A DNA stretch of 64,000 nt, from contig DASPSR010000061.1 in assembly GCA_035623825.1 (NCBI GenBank), positions 1 to 64,000 of the forward strand, in the 5' to 3' direction. The notes beneath the pieces are model-generated. The model saw only the letters and a list, made by a program, of their open reading frames with translations. It was not told where the DNA came from and made no database searches. The stretch is from Nitrospirota bacterium (GTDB taxonomy: Bacteria > Nitrospirota > UBA9217). Each line of letters opens with the position of its first letter. Position 1 is the first letter of the stretch. This document shows positions 37,850 through 46,305 of this stretch, piece after piece. The position numbers and the translations under genes were made by a program.

Positions 37850-40298
37850 GTTTATTTCTCTGCCTGCTCCTGCCCATAATCGCTCCCAGCGCGGCGACAG
37901 CGATCAGCATTCCCCAAGTCCCGAGCGCTGGCACAGTATTTATGCTGAACGTAGCCACGATTGTATGATTTGCCGTAACATCCGTGATGGTATAAGTCCC
38001 CTTAATGACGCTCGCAGTCACGTCAACACCGTTGTCCGTTAACGAGGACAGATGATACCCTGCGTTTGCGGTAATAGTCAAGAGCACACTACCCCCGCTC
38101 GCGACCGACGCCGTGGCGGGGGCGTCGGTCCCTCCACCGCCACCGGCGACCGACGAGGTAATAGTGAATGTCTGGGGTATGGTAAGAGTTATCTGGGCTG
38201 TATGGGTAAAACTGCTGCCTGTGCCGGTGACGACCAAGGGAAACGTCCCTAGAGGTGCAGAAGCGCCAACCGTGAGGTTCAGCGTCGAGCTTCCTGACCC
38301 GGGCGAAGCGATCGGGTTCGGACTGAAAGCCGCTATCACACCGGCTGGGAGACCTGAAATGGACAGGGATACGGCATTATTGAAGTTGCCGAGAACGGTC
38401 GTGGTGATCGTTGATGTTCCCGCTGCGCCTTGGGTAACGGAAAGTGTGGTGGCTGACGCGGTGACGGTGAAGTCCGGTGTCCAGTTCATAACGAGCGAGT
38501 CTGCATCCACTGAACCAAGTCCCGTTGCAAGATTATATCCTGCTGCGGCAGCGTATCCAGTAACGCCAGGCACCGTGTTGTTTCCTGATGTGATATCATG
38601 AAAGACCGGTACTCCGCCCGATGCATACTGGGCATTGCCCAGCTGGTACAGCCGGGTGTTCGCGTTGCCTTGGCGCTGGCCAGCCCTCTGCACGACAAGC
38701 GTCATGAGTCCGGCAAAGGCAGGAGCTGACGCCGAAGTCCCCCTGACGGCATGGAGCGACCCCTGTGTTTCGACCAGATAGGCGTCATGGCCCGCCGCGT
38801 TAAGCGATACGTCAGGGACATTGCGACTGTTATTCGCGGGCACACCAGGCGCCACCTGCCACCCAGGCTGGACGTACAGCGAGGAAGCGCCTCCTCCGGT
38901 AGCCCACAACCCGGAACCGCCTGAAACACTGCCGCTCTCGTTCCAAGCGATCTCTGGTATATAGCTAAATGCGGACGAATATCCCGCACCGTTCGTTGTG
39001 CTCCAGTAACTGCCCCCCCCTTCATCGAACTGCGTGCCGCCGACGGCGACATTATACGGCGTGGAAGCAAGCCCGTTCACGCCAAGGCCCGTTCCGCTTG
39101 ATGCCGATGGTGGGTTGCACCCAGCTGCACCGGAATCGCCCGAGGAAACAAATGCCGTGATGCCCTGGGCAGCGGCTTGCTGCCATAGATTATTGTAAAA
39201 AACGTTCTCCGCCGTTCCCAAAGCCGACTCGCACGAACCGAAGCTGATGCTCATCACAGGGGCCAGGTTGTTATTTACGATATACTGGGCAGAAAGGTCC
39301 ACACCATCGGTTGCCACAGTCGACTTCGATACAACGAATAGAATAGCGGCGTTCCTTGCCACGGCCCCGGACCATTCAACATCGAGGTCGGCTTCTGTAT
39401 CCTCGTCTGCGCCCAGATCGCCGGGGTCAGGGCCGTTCACGATCACCTGGGGAGGATTGGAGGGCAGTCCCATCATGCTACGGAAGGTCGTCCAATTGGT
39501 GCTGGACGGGTGTGTGCGGCCCACGATGGCGACCTTCTCGCCGCTGCCGTCAATTCCCGCGGCATAGAGCCCATTGACATCGTATACGGTGGCGAAGTCC
39601 GACGGGGATATATAGTGAGTTGAGCCAACCGTGTACTGAGGAGCTTTTCCGGGCAAAGCGGCGGGCATGACACCTCCGTTCATCGCTACGCGGGGAAAGT
39701 CGTGCAGGGTGACGATACCCGCCACCACATCCGACAGCCCCCTCGGGATACTCGGGTCCTGAGCGTTGGCATGATGCATCCGGCCGTTTACAAAATATGT
39801 ATGTATCGAGGTGTGGAAGGCCCGGTTAACGTCCCCGGCGGTGCCGGAGAAGTTGATCCAGGAGCCGCTCCGTGCAACTTCGCTAACTTTAAATCCGTAG
39901 GATCTAAGCCAGCCTGTGATGGCATCGATATCGGCAGCTGCAACCCCGAAACGCGTCCCGAACTCTTCCGGCGTCAGCCAATGATGGAAGTTGGATGATG
40001 CCGGGTCATACAGCCCGGCAAGGTACCGTTCGAGCTCAGCCTGTTTTCGGGGATCCCGGCGCAATGCAAGGATCATCAGCTCCATGGGCAAGGACGACGG
40101 CGCCGCTCCCCTGTCGAATTCGGCCCGTGCGTAGGGGTGCACGTTCCCGTGCAAGGTCACCCTGTCATTGTCGTCGATGATGCGGGCTGGGCGCGCAAGG
40201 GCCGGTGAAACTGCAAGAAGAATAAAAGCCAAGGTGAATATCACGAAGAAACTGATTCCCCTCGGCTTCTGTGTAAAGCGCTTTTCCGGTTTAGTCAT
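37824..40298 (-). CDS. S53 (sedolisin/kumamolisin) protease with pro-domain, Ig-like modules and IPTL-CTERM sorting signal
   Basis: Signal peptide; WLTPEEFG pro-domain; EADLD, SSGDSG and GTSASAP motifs; tail VPALGTWGMLIAVAALGAIMGRSRQRNKR. Confidence 0.92.
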   Translation of the reverse strand: MTKPEKRFTQKPRGISFFVIFTLAFILLAVSPALARPARIIDDNDRVTLHGNVHPYARAEFDRGAAPSSLPMELMILALRRDPRKQAELERYLAGLYDPASSNFHHWLTPEEFGTRFGVAAADIDAITGWLRSYGFKVSEVARSGSWINFSGTAGDVNRAFHTSIHTYFVNGRMHHANAQDPSIPRGLSDVVAGIVTLHDFPRVAMNGGVMPAALPGKAPQYTVGSTHYISPSDFATVYDVNGLYAAGIDGSGEKVAIVGRTHPSSTNWTTFRSMMGLPSNPPQVIVNGPDPGDLGADEDTEADLDVEWSGAVARNAAILFVVSKSTVATDGVDLSAQYIVNNNLAPVMSISFGSCESALGTAENVFYNNLWQQAAAQGITAFVSSGDSGAAGCNPPSASSGTGLGVNGLASTPYNVAVGGTQFDEGGGSYWSTTNGAGYSSAFSYIPEIAWNESGSVSGGSGLWATGGGASSLYVQPGWQVAPGVPANNSRNVPDVSLNAAGHDAYLVETQGSLHAVRGTSASAPAFAGLMTLVVQRAGQRQGNANTRLYQLGNAQYASGGVPVFHDITSGNNTVPGVTGYAAAAGYNLATGLGSVDADSLVMNWTPDFTVTASATTLSVTQGAAGTSTITTTVLGNFNNAVSLSISGLPAGVIAAFSPNPIASPGSGSSTLNLTVGASAPLGTFPLVVTGTGSSFTHTAQITLTIPQTFTITSSVAGGGGGTDAPATASVASGGSVLLTITANAGYHLSSLTDNGVDVTASVIKGTYTITDVTANHTIVATFSINTVPALGTWGMLIAVAALGAIMGRSRQRNKRDPQDDNG

Positions 40299-40649
40299 GA
40301 CTCAGAGCTAAAAAAAGAATTTAAAAACGAACCTTCGGAAAAGAAGAACTCTAGTCGATTTGTTTCCCTTTCCCGTTTTTAGACCAAAAAAGACAGTCAT
40401 GTCATCTTCGTGACGGTCACGTTCGATCTATCAGAAAGCTTAAATAACAAAATGATGCTGCTTCAGCGTCAAGCTTATAAGCTCCCTGATATATATGACT
40501 TTAAAAAACGGCCTAGAAGTGTGTCCTCACTAGGGACTTGAATCAATAAAGTTTCGAAACCGTGAAGGGCTGTCAAATGCCTGATTCCTCGCTGCGCTCA
40601 GAATGGCAGCATGGGAAAAAAGGGTCTCACGGCACGCTGCAGCAGCTTT

Positions 40650-40704
40650 ATTAGACAAGATATACGTTACAGAACAGTGAAGGTTGCATTACAGTTCTGT
40701 TAAT
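40650..40704 (-). promoter_or_regulatory. Pho-box-like array upstream of the S53/exosortase/STT3 operon
   Basis: Minus strand: ATTAACA-gaac-TGTAATG-caac-CTTCACT-gttc-TGTAACG-(9 nt)-TCTAAT. Confidence 0.6.
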
Positions 40705-41130
40705 TTTTGTATGAAGACCGCGTACACGGGGAAGAAGAAAAATGGCTGCATACGATGTAAATCGTTCAAGAAACGTGAACATTTCAGTGTTCGGCGGCTT
40801 TGGCGATCCCCGATTGATGATCCGCGAAAGAATTGGATCAAGTTAAGCAAAAGAGCGAAGATCGACAGAATCAGATGTCCCGGAATGAATCACTTGATAA
40901 AATCTCCGGTAACAACCCATGAGTGAAGATAGTGATTGCTTATTTCAATTGTGTATATCGACGGCTTAACAACGTAAAGTCGAATGACAACATCAGGCAT
41001 TTCAATTTATAGGCGATATATTGAAAGCATCCATTTCCTGCCGGAGATAGATGGTGTTGATATTCATTCGCACTTGCAGTTCGAGAAAATTGAGAACACT
41101 ATGTGCAAAGGGCATAAAAATTCATAATAA

Positions 41131-41174
41131 TGTAAATCCTTTTTAACAAAAATGTAACAAAAGACCCCTATAAT
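41131..41174 (+). promoter_or_regulatory. Pho-box-like array plus -10
   Basis: TGTAAAT-cctt-TTTAACA-aaaa-TGTAACA-(9 nt)-TATAAT. Confidence 0.75.
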
Positions 41175-41286
41175 TGTGCTGGCAAAATGTAGTGATTAGC
41201 CTTGATGATTCTGCTTTACTCAGCCACTTTATCAAGGACATCCATACACAGTAGCCTCGTTCATAGCGGCTACGATAGAATGGAAA

Positions 41287-42324
41287 ATGAACAAAACACC
41301 GTATATCATTTGTTTGATACTAACCCTCATCTGGCCTGCGCTTTCCTTTGCCGATCCCGTTCCCGTGGATATGGATATAGAGGCGAACGGGAAGGGGAGT
41401 TTCTTGCTGACGGGAGGAAGTGTCGCAGGCGTTCATGACATTGATATCGAGATAGGTTATGATCCCAACTTGCTGGAGAATCCCCACGTGCAGATAGTTC
41501 ATGGAGGAGATCTTATACGGGCAAATGGCGCCTCACCGGGAAATCTGCTCATAAATATTGGCAGGCCATCTGCAGATCCTTTACTCCAGGTCATTATTAA
41601 CTTCGATGCAAAGACGGATCAGGAGGGCGGCGTCTATTACATGTCCGCGACTTCCAGACCCAAGACTGAGAGCAAGGCTGAGGAGCCATCTGGGCACGAT
41701 AGAAACACGGGAACGGTCGGGATTTCTGTACTGAAAGGAGCAGCTTCATCGTCGGGCGCCGATAATAACGTTCTGATGGAAGAGATGGCGGCCCTTACGC
41801 ATGATGAAAAGAACGTATTGCAGCGATTCAAGCAATTCAAGGGGAAGAAGGGCCTCAGGTCTTTTACCGCTCTGTTCGGCAGGGGTGCCGGCGACAGGTT
41901 TGTGCAAGAGCCGGCAATTGCGATCTCTGATGGGAAGACGCCGGTTACGGTCAAGATGCAAGTGCCGCCGGAAGGATCCCGGACTGCAGGGATCGCTCTG
42001 GCCGATGCGTCACTCATATCGAAAGAAGAGAACGGAAAAGGCGTAGTCATCACTGTGCTGCCGAGCGAAGGGACATGGAACGCGAGGCTGGTCATGGTGT
42101 CAGGCCAGGACGTACTGGGCTGTCCGCTTGTCGTTGCCCCGCCAGTGAACATAACAAACGGTATCGATGAAAATAATTTTCTTGATGCGCTGCAGGCATA
42201 CATTAGCAGTCAATCACCGGCATTTCAGCAGGCTGACAAAATTTACATCTCAGAGTATATATTCACCGCCAATTACCTTGCCGAGATGCAGAAGAAGGCT
42301 CGATTGGCTGTCTCGCAGCACTGA
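41287..42324 (+). CDS. Exported protein with a cohesin-like N-terminal beta-sandwich
   Basis: Signal peptide; VAGVHDIDIEIGYDPNLLENP resembles cohesin; C-terminal YIFTANYL. Confidence 0.7.
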   Translation: MNKTPYIICLILTLIWPALSFADPVPVDMDIEANGKGSFLLTGGSVAGVHDIDIEIGYDPNLLENPHVQIVHGGDLIRANGASPGNLLINIGRPSADPLLQVIINFDAKTDQEGGVYYMSATSRPKTESKAEEPSGHDRNTGTVGISVLKGAASSSGADNNVLMEEMAALTHDEKNVLQRFKQFKGKKGLRSFTALFGRGAGDRFVQEPAIAISDGKTPVTVKMQVPPEGSRTAGIALADASLISKEENGKGVVITVLPSEGTWNARLVMVSGQDVLGCPLVVAPPVNITNGIDENNFLDALQAYISSQSPAFQQADKIYISEYIFTANYLAEMQKKARLAVSQH

Positions 42325-42488
42325 TCAAAAAAGGCGAGGTGATCGAGCCGTCTTCAAGAAATTGGTTCCGGAGGAACTTGGAGGAAGAAGGCGCCTGTTC
42401 ATATGATTGGGGAATCGCGCACTGGACTGAAACGTAAGAAAAATAGCAAAGGCTTGACCAAAGGGTTTAGAAAAATAAGTTTCCAAGA

Positions 42489-42543
42489 TTTCATTTAATC
42501 TTCTTTGAACTGTAATTAAAATGTAACATTCATTGTGTATAGT
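42489..42543 (+). promoter_or_regulatory. Pho-box-like array plus -10
   Basis: TTTCATT-taat-CTTCTTT-gaac-TGTAATT-aaaa-TGTAACA-(9 nt)-TATAGT. Confidence 0.7.
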
Positions 42544-42639
42544 CGGTGCAGTGATGAAGTATAGAAGTTTGAACGGGACGTTACCCCGTTTCCTCTGATA
42601 TTCAATTAAACATACATAACTGAATAACAAACGACTGTC

Positions 42640-42687
42640 AGGGTCCTTTGCTGACCGATAGAATTCTTATCGCGCACCAGAAAGCCC
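42640..42687 (+). ncRNA. Unrecognised leader RNA motif, copy 1
   Basis: AGGGTCCTTTGCTGA-c-[CGATAG-aattc-TTATCG]-cgca-CCAGAAAGCCC. Confidence 0.65.
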
Positions 42688-42732
42688 GAACCGATGATGA
42701 TGCTTCCATATCCCGGTTCGGGCTTTTTTTTT
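42681..42732 (+). terminator. Intrinsic terminator within the leader, overlapping motif copy 1
   Basis: AAAGCCCGAACCG-20 nt-CGGTTCGGGCTTT, ending in a run of 9 T. Confidence 0.85.
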
Positions 42733-42738
42733 CGGTTC

Positions 42739-42776
42739 AGGGTACTTGGCTGGCCTGTAAAGGGAACAGAAAGCCC
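42739..42776 (+). ncRNA. Unrecognised leader RNA motif, copy 2
   Basis: AGGGTACTTGGCTGG-[CCT-gtaa-AGG]-ga-ACAGAAAGCCC. Confidence 0.55.
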
Positions 42777-42924
42777 GGATCACTGGCCAGTCGCACAACA
42801 GTGAAGTTTTCCGGGACGAAGCGGCTGGTCAAATAATCCAAATAAGGAAAGGAGGGCAAAAAAACAGAAGGGATTCACTGCATCGATAAAAAAAGAGCGG
42901 ATGCCGGCCCGAGGCCGCATCCAG

Positions 42925-43015
42925 CCTTCGGTACAAAGCCAAAATCCGGGTAACCGGATGACGGAAAGCCATGCGGGTCCACAAGAAAAGGTGGATGGCC
43001 GGGTTGCCTGAGGGG
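42925..43015 (+). ncRNA. c-di-GMP-I (GEMM-I) riboswitch
   Basis: G-CC-AAA-ATCCGG-gtaa-CCGGAT-GACGGAAAGCC...CGGGTCC...GGATGGCCGGGTTGCC matches the GEMM core (GNRA-capped P2, GACGGAAAG junction, P3); G at the position-20 equivalent (42938). Confidence 0.85.
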
Positions 43016-43167
43016 AAGTACCTGCCCGGCGATTTAAACAAAAGCCTGTGGGGCGCCAGTTCGCGCAGCGAATCGGGCGATAAAAACCATAGAATGTGGA
43101 AAAAACGGAAAGGCCGTTGGGCAGCGAGAATCAAGTTACCCAAAATCACTACTCAGGAGGAGAGAAA

Positions 43168-43950
43168 ATGAAGAAGATCATGATGCTTCTAGTGGTCGCC
43201 GTTCTCATGCTCGGCGTGAGCGGACAGGCCATGGCGTATTTCACTGATGGCGACTTGATCCGTGTCGTGTATTCCACTCGAAACGGCACGGGCTATGAGT
43301 ATGCCACAGACCTGGGCTCACTTTCTGCCTTGGGGTTATCGAGTACTGGAGGAGCATATACCGGCGGCCCCCAGACTATAAGCACCAGCAATTTCGGCAT
43401 ATTGCCGGGTCAGACTACCTTCAGCAATATGTATGTTACATACTTTATTGCAGACGCTGCCCTGAACAGCGGCAACGGTGCAGCTTGGACAAGCGGCCAT
43501 ATGACAAATAGCGGTTATTTCCTTCCGAATGGGGCAGCCAGTTTCTTTACTGCCACGGAGGTTCCCATGGCACTTTGGAACAGCGTGGGTACTATAAGCA
43601 CTCAGAACGCTCAGATCGAGTCTACAGGGTCATCCTTCTGGGTCAATGCCGAATCAAGTGGGGCAACCCTCGCTACTTATCTGGGTTTCCTTGATAACAC
43701 GAAGCAGCTCAGCGAGGAAAACCTGACGCCACTCAATACGACCGGCGGGACTGTGGATCAGCTCCTGTATTACTACGGCTCCAACCTAAATGCCGGAGGT
43801 CGGGGCACGGCTGTCGCTGAGATCGTAACCAATGCCAACGGATCCACGACCATCGAGGGAGTTGCCGCGACACCGATTCCGGCTGCGGTATATCTCTTCG
43901 GCTCCGGTCTGCTCGGCATGTTCGGCCTGCGCAGGAAAATGGCTGCCTAA
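43168..43950 (+). CDS. VPLPA-CTERM (PEP-CTERM-like) sorted surface protein
   Basis: AGGAGG SD; signal peptide; Ser/Thr/Gly/Asn-rich body; tail TPIPAAVYLFGSGLLGMFGLRRK. Confidence 0.9.
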   Translation: MKKIMMLLVVAVLMLGVSGQAMAYFTDGDLIRVVYSTRNGTGYEYATDLGSLSALGLSSTGGAYTGGPQTISTSNFGILPGQTTFSNMYVTYFIADAALNSGNGAAWTSGHMTNSGYFLPNGAASFFTATEVPMALWNSVGTISTQNAQIESTGSSFWVNAESSGATLATYLGFLDNTKQLSEENLTPLNTTGGTVDQLLYYYGSNLNAGGRGTAVAEIVTNANGSTTIEGVAATPIPAAVYLFGSGLLGMFGLRRKMAA

Positions 43951-44135
43951 GCGGTTGCTTACAACTTAAACATCGAGGAATGAAGCCGTCTTTGATTGCG
44001 ATTTTTGAGGCCGTCATTTCCGGCTTGAACAGATGCGACAGGTGTTACCATTGAAGCGCTCGGCAATGACGAAATGCACTTGAAAAACAAATAAAGAAGT
44101 AAATCTTGAAGCGTGTAAATAAGGAGAATAACGAC

Positions 44136-45425
44136 ATGAAGATCAAAATAATTGCATTGCTTATTGCTGTCGTCAGCCTCTTCCCGTTCGTGGGAACGGC
44201 TTCGGCAGCCTCCTGCTTTTCTACCGGCGTCTCCGGAGCTCCGGCTGTTCCCCAGGGAGATCTGAATATTTACGGAGCATCCGCCCAGTTTACATTCTGG
44301 AAGAACGAGTTCGTGAATTACCTGACAGCTGCAGGCTGCACGTGGGCAAACGGCACCAGCTGGGCCCAGTCGCAGGCGACGGACAGTGCTACCAATCCGT
44401 CTCACTATGTTATACAGGCGAATTGCTCTGCTGTCGGCGGCCCCGCGGTTGTAAATTTCCGGGTTTCTTCCAAGGCTTCCTATGATGGCCCGGCTGCGGT
44501 CGACGCCCAAGTTACGCCTTACTCGGTTAACAACTGCGGAGTAGGAGCAAATGCAAATCAGAGGGAATTGCTCCACGGCGGTACGGTAGCCTGCCCCTGG
44601 GGATCCACAAGCTGTCCGGCTCCGGCTGCCGCTAACGGGGACTGTGAGGTCGTTACCTGGGGCTCCGCTGATGTCGCGGTGGGAGACTTTCAGCAAATTA
44701 CAACCGGTGCGTCCGGACGCAACTTTAAACTTAATCCCTTGGTTATGTCTGCTAATACGGTTGATTTCTGCCACCCGAATGCAATTGGCTTTGGTTTTTG
44801 GGTGAACAATAGTGTTACGACGACGGCCGGACCAATTATCAGCAACATCCAAGCGCTGGAAGCAAGGATGATCTATTCGGGTAAACTGACCAACTGGAGT
44901 CAGCTTGCCTCCACTTCCATGAACGCTGCGCCCATCGTAGTATGTTCAAGAACGGCTGGTTCTGGAACGGCCGCATCATTGGACTTTCAGATTGTGAGGC
45001 CATCCTCAATCATCACGACTCCGCTTGGAAACGATAAATTTAACGACTCTACCGGTAACGAGGTCACTTGCGTGAGCTCAAACGCCGGCGCTATCGGTGT
45101 TTTTGACGCGGACCGGAGTGTCGCGGGACTCAATATAAGCGGGCCGCTCTCAGTCAATGGTATTGCGCCAAGTACGGCGGCTCTTGAAGGCGCAACCTAT
45201 CTTTACACTGACGGTGCTCAGCATGCATATGTGTCGCTGGCTAATTCGGCAGTGCCCTGGATCAATGATGTATGCCTTTGGGCTGGATGGCCAGCAAGGC
45301 TCCCCAGTGCTACCTGGGCCTCCACGTGCAATATGAATTACTTGCCAGGGGGTAATGGCGCTGGCAGTCTCGCCGCATGGGCGCCTTCTACCGTTAAGGG
45401 TACCCTTGGATGCACTTGCCCGTAG
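44136..45425 (+). CDS. Secreted Cys-rich PstS/DING-like substrate-binding-fold protein
   Basis: IYGASA, IYSGKLTNWSQL, SRTAGSGT and GAIG motifs typical of the PstS fold; signal peptide; 14 Cys. Confidence 0.75.
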   Translation: MKIKIIALLIAVVSLFPFVGTASAASCFSTGVSGAPAVPQGDLNIYGASAQFTFWKNEFVNYLTAAGCTWANGTSWAQSQATDSATNPSHYVIQANCSAVGGPAVVNFRVSSKASYDGPAAVDAQVTPYSVNNCGVGANANQRELLHGGTVACPWGSTSCPAPAAANGDCEVVTWGSADVAVGDFQQITTGASGRNFKLNPLVMSANTVDFCHPNAIGFGFWVNNSVTTTAGPIISNIQALEARMIYSGKLTNWSQLASTSMNAAPIVVCSRTAGSGTAASLDFQIVRPSSIITTPLGNDKFNDSTGNEVTCVSSNAGAIGVFDADRSVAGLNISGPLSVNGIAPSTAALEGATYLYTDGAQHAYVSLANSAVPWINDVCLWAGWPARLPSATWASTCNMNYLPGGNGAGSLAAWAPSTVKGTLGCTCP

Positions 45426-45529
45426 CAGTAGCAGATTGTTCTTCCCCTCGCCTGTGCCATCCTTTGGAAGGCTGGGTGAGGGGGCCACTTGCCTCGCAGG
45501 AAAAGGCATCATGAATGAGAGTGGTCTTC

Positions 45530-45558
45530 GCGGGGTCCCTTGTTGGGGCCCCGCTTTT
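45530..45558 (+). terminator. Intrinsic terminator
   Basis: GCGGGGTCCC-ttgtt-GGGGCCCCGC-TTTT. Confidence 0.8.
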
Positions 45559-45752
45559 AATTTTTTGGAGTGCGATCGTCAAACAGCGATCGCGGAGCCC
45601 TTAAAATTGAAAAGGTAATATTTATTGTCGAGTTTTGCCGAGCTGGATTCTTGATCGCAAAATTATAAATAACAATTTGTTAAACCGTCAATATGAAAGT
45701 GGCGCTTAAGAATATTCTTTACAACCAAGAGATGAAAGAAGTCTTTTAAAAT

Positions 45753-45818
45753 CTTCATGGAATCTTAATAGGTTTGTAACCAAACTAAAATGATTCTGTA
45801 ACAAAAATCATGTAAGCT
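45753..45818 (+). promoter_or_regulatory. Pho-box-like array (5 positions) plus -10 for the TPS/TonB operon
   Basis: CTTCATG-gaat-CTTAATA-ggtt-TGTAACC-aaac-TAAAATG-attc-TGTAACA-(9 nt)-TAAGCT. Confidence 0.7.
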
Positions 45819-45835
45819 CAGGCATACAAAATACA

Positions 45836-45888
45836 AGGGTACTTCGCTGAATTGATGTTCTTTCGATGCATCAATTACCGGGAAGCCC
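45836..45888 (+). ncRNA. Unrecognised leader RNA motif, copy 3
   Basis: AGGGTACTTCGCTG-[AATTGATG-11 nt-CATCAATT]-a-CCGGGAAGCCC, about 10 nt after the predicted transcription start. Confidence 0.65.
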
Positions 45889-46305
45889 ATGACGAGTCCA
45901 CAAAACCCGTTCGGCTTCCTAAAAAAATATTACGAACGGGGCATATGACTTCCCCCCTGTTTTAATAATACCCTTGTTTATTTTTCCAATGAGTGCCTGA
46001 CATAGCCGGTAATTATTGAGTGGACAGAGAGAGCAATTATAGAAATCAACTGGCATGCACTCAACGTAAAGTCACGGGATGAATTACGCAGTCCGAAGAT
46101 AGCGAATGTGTATCGACACTTTTATTCCGTCCGTGGGCAAAATTGTACATGTGGCGAGACAGAATAAAAGGTGAAGTTTCCTCTTTCTTTCCGGCTATTT
46201 GGTTTTTTTAATGTCGCCGGAGCCCAAAAAAAATTTTAAGCGTCATTCACAAACAGCATTATCTTGCTGTTTACGATTCTAAATGCAAGTCGCGAGGTGC
46301 CGGTC

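Noticed and set aside
42735-42780. ykkC/guanidine-I riboswitch (AGGGT...CTGG...GGGA..AAAGCCCGG resemblance)
   Set aside because: Too short and lacks the GGTTCCG and ACACGG core; better explained as copy 2 of the repeated motif. An Rfam scan should confirm.
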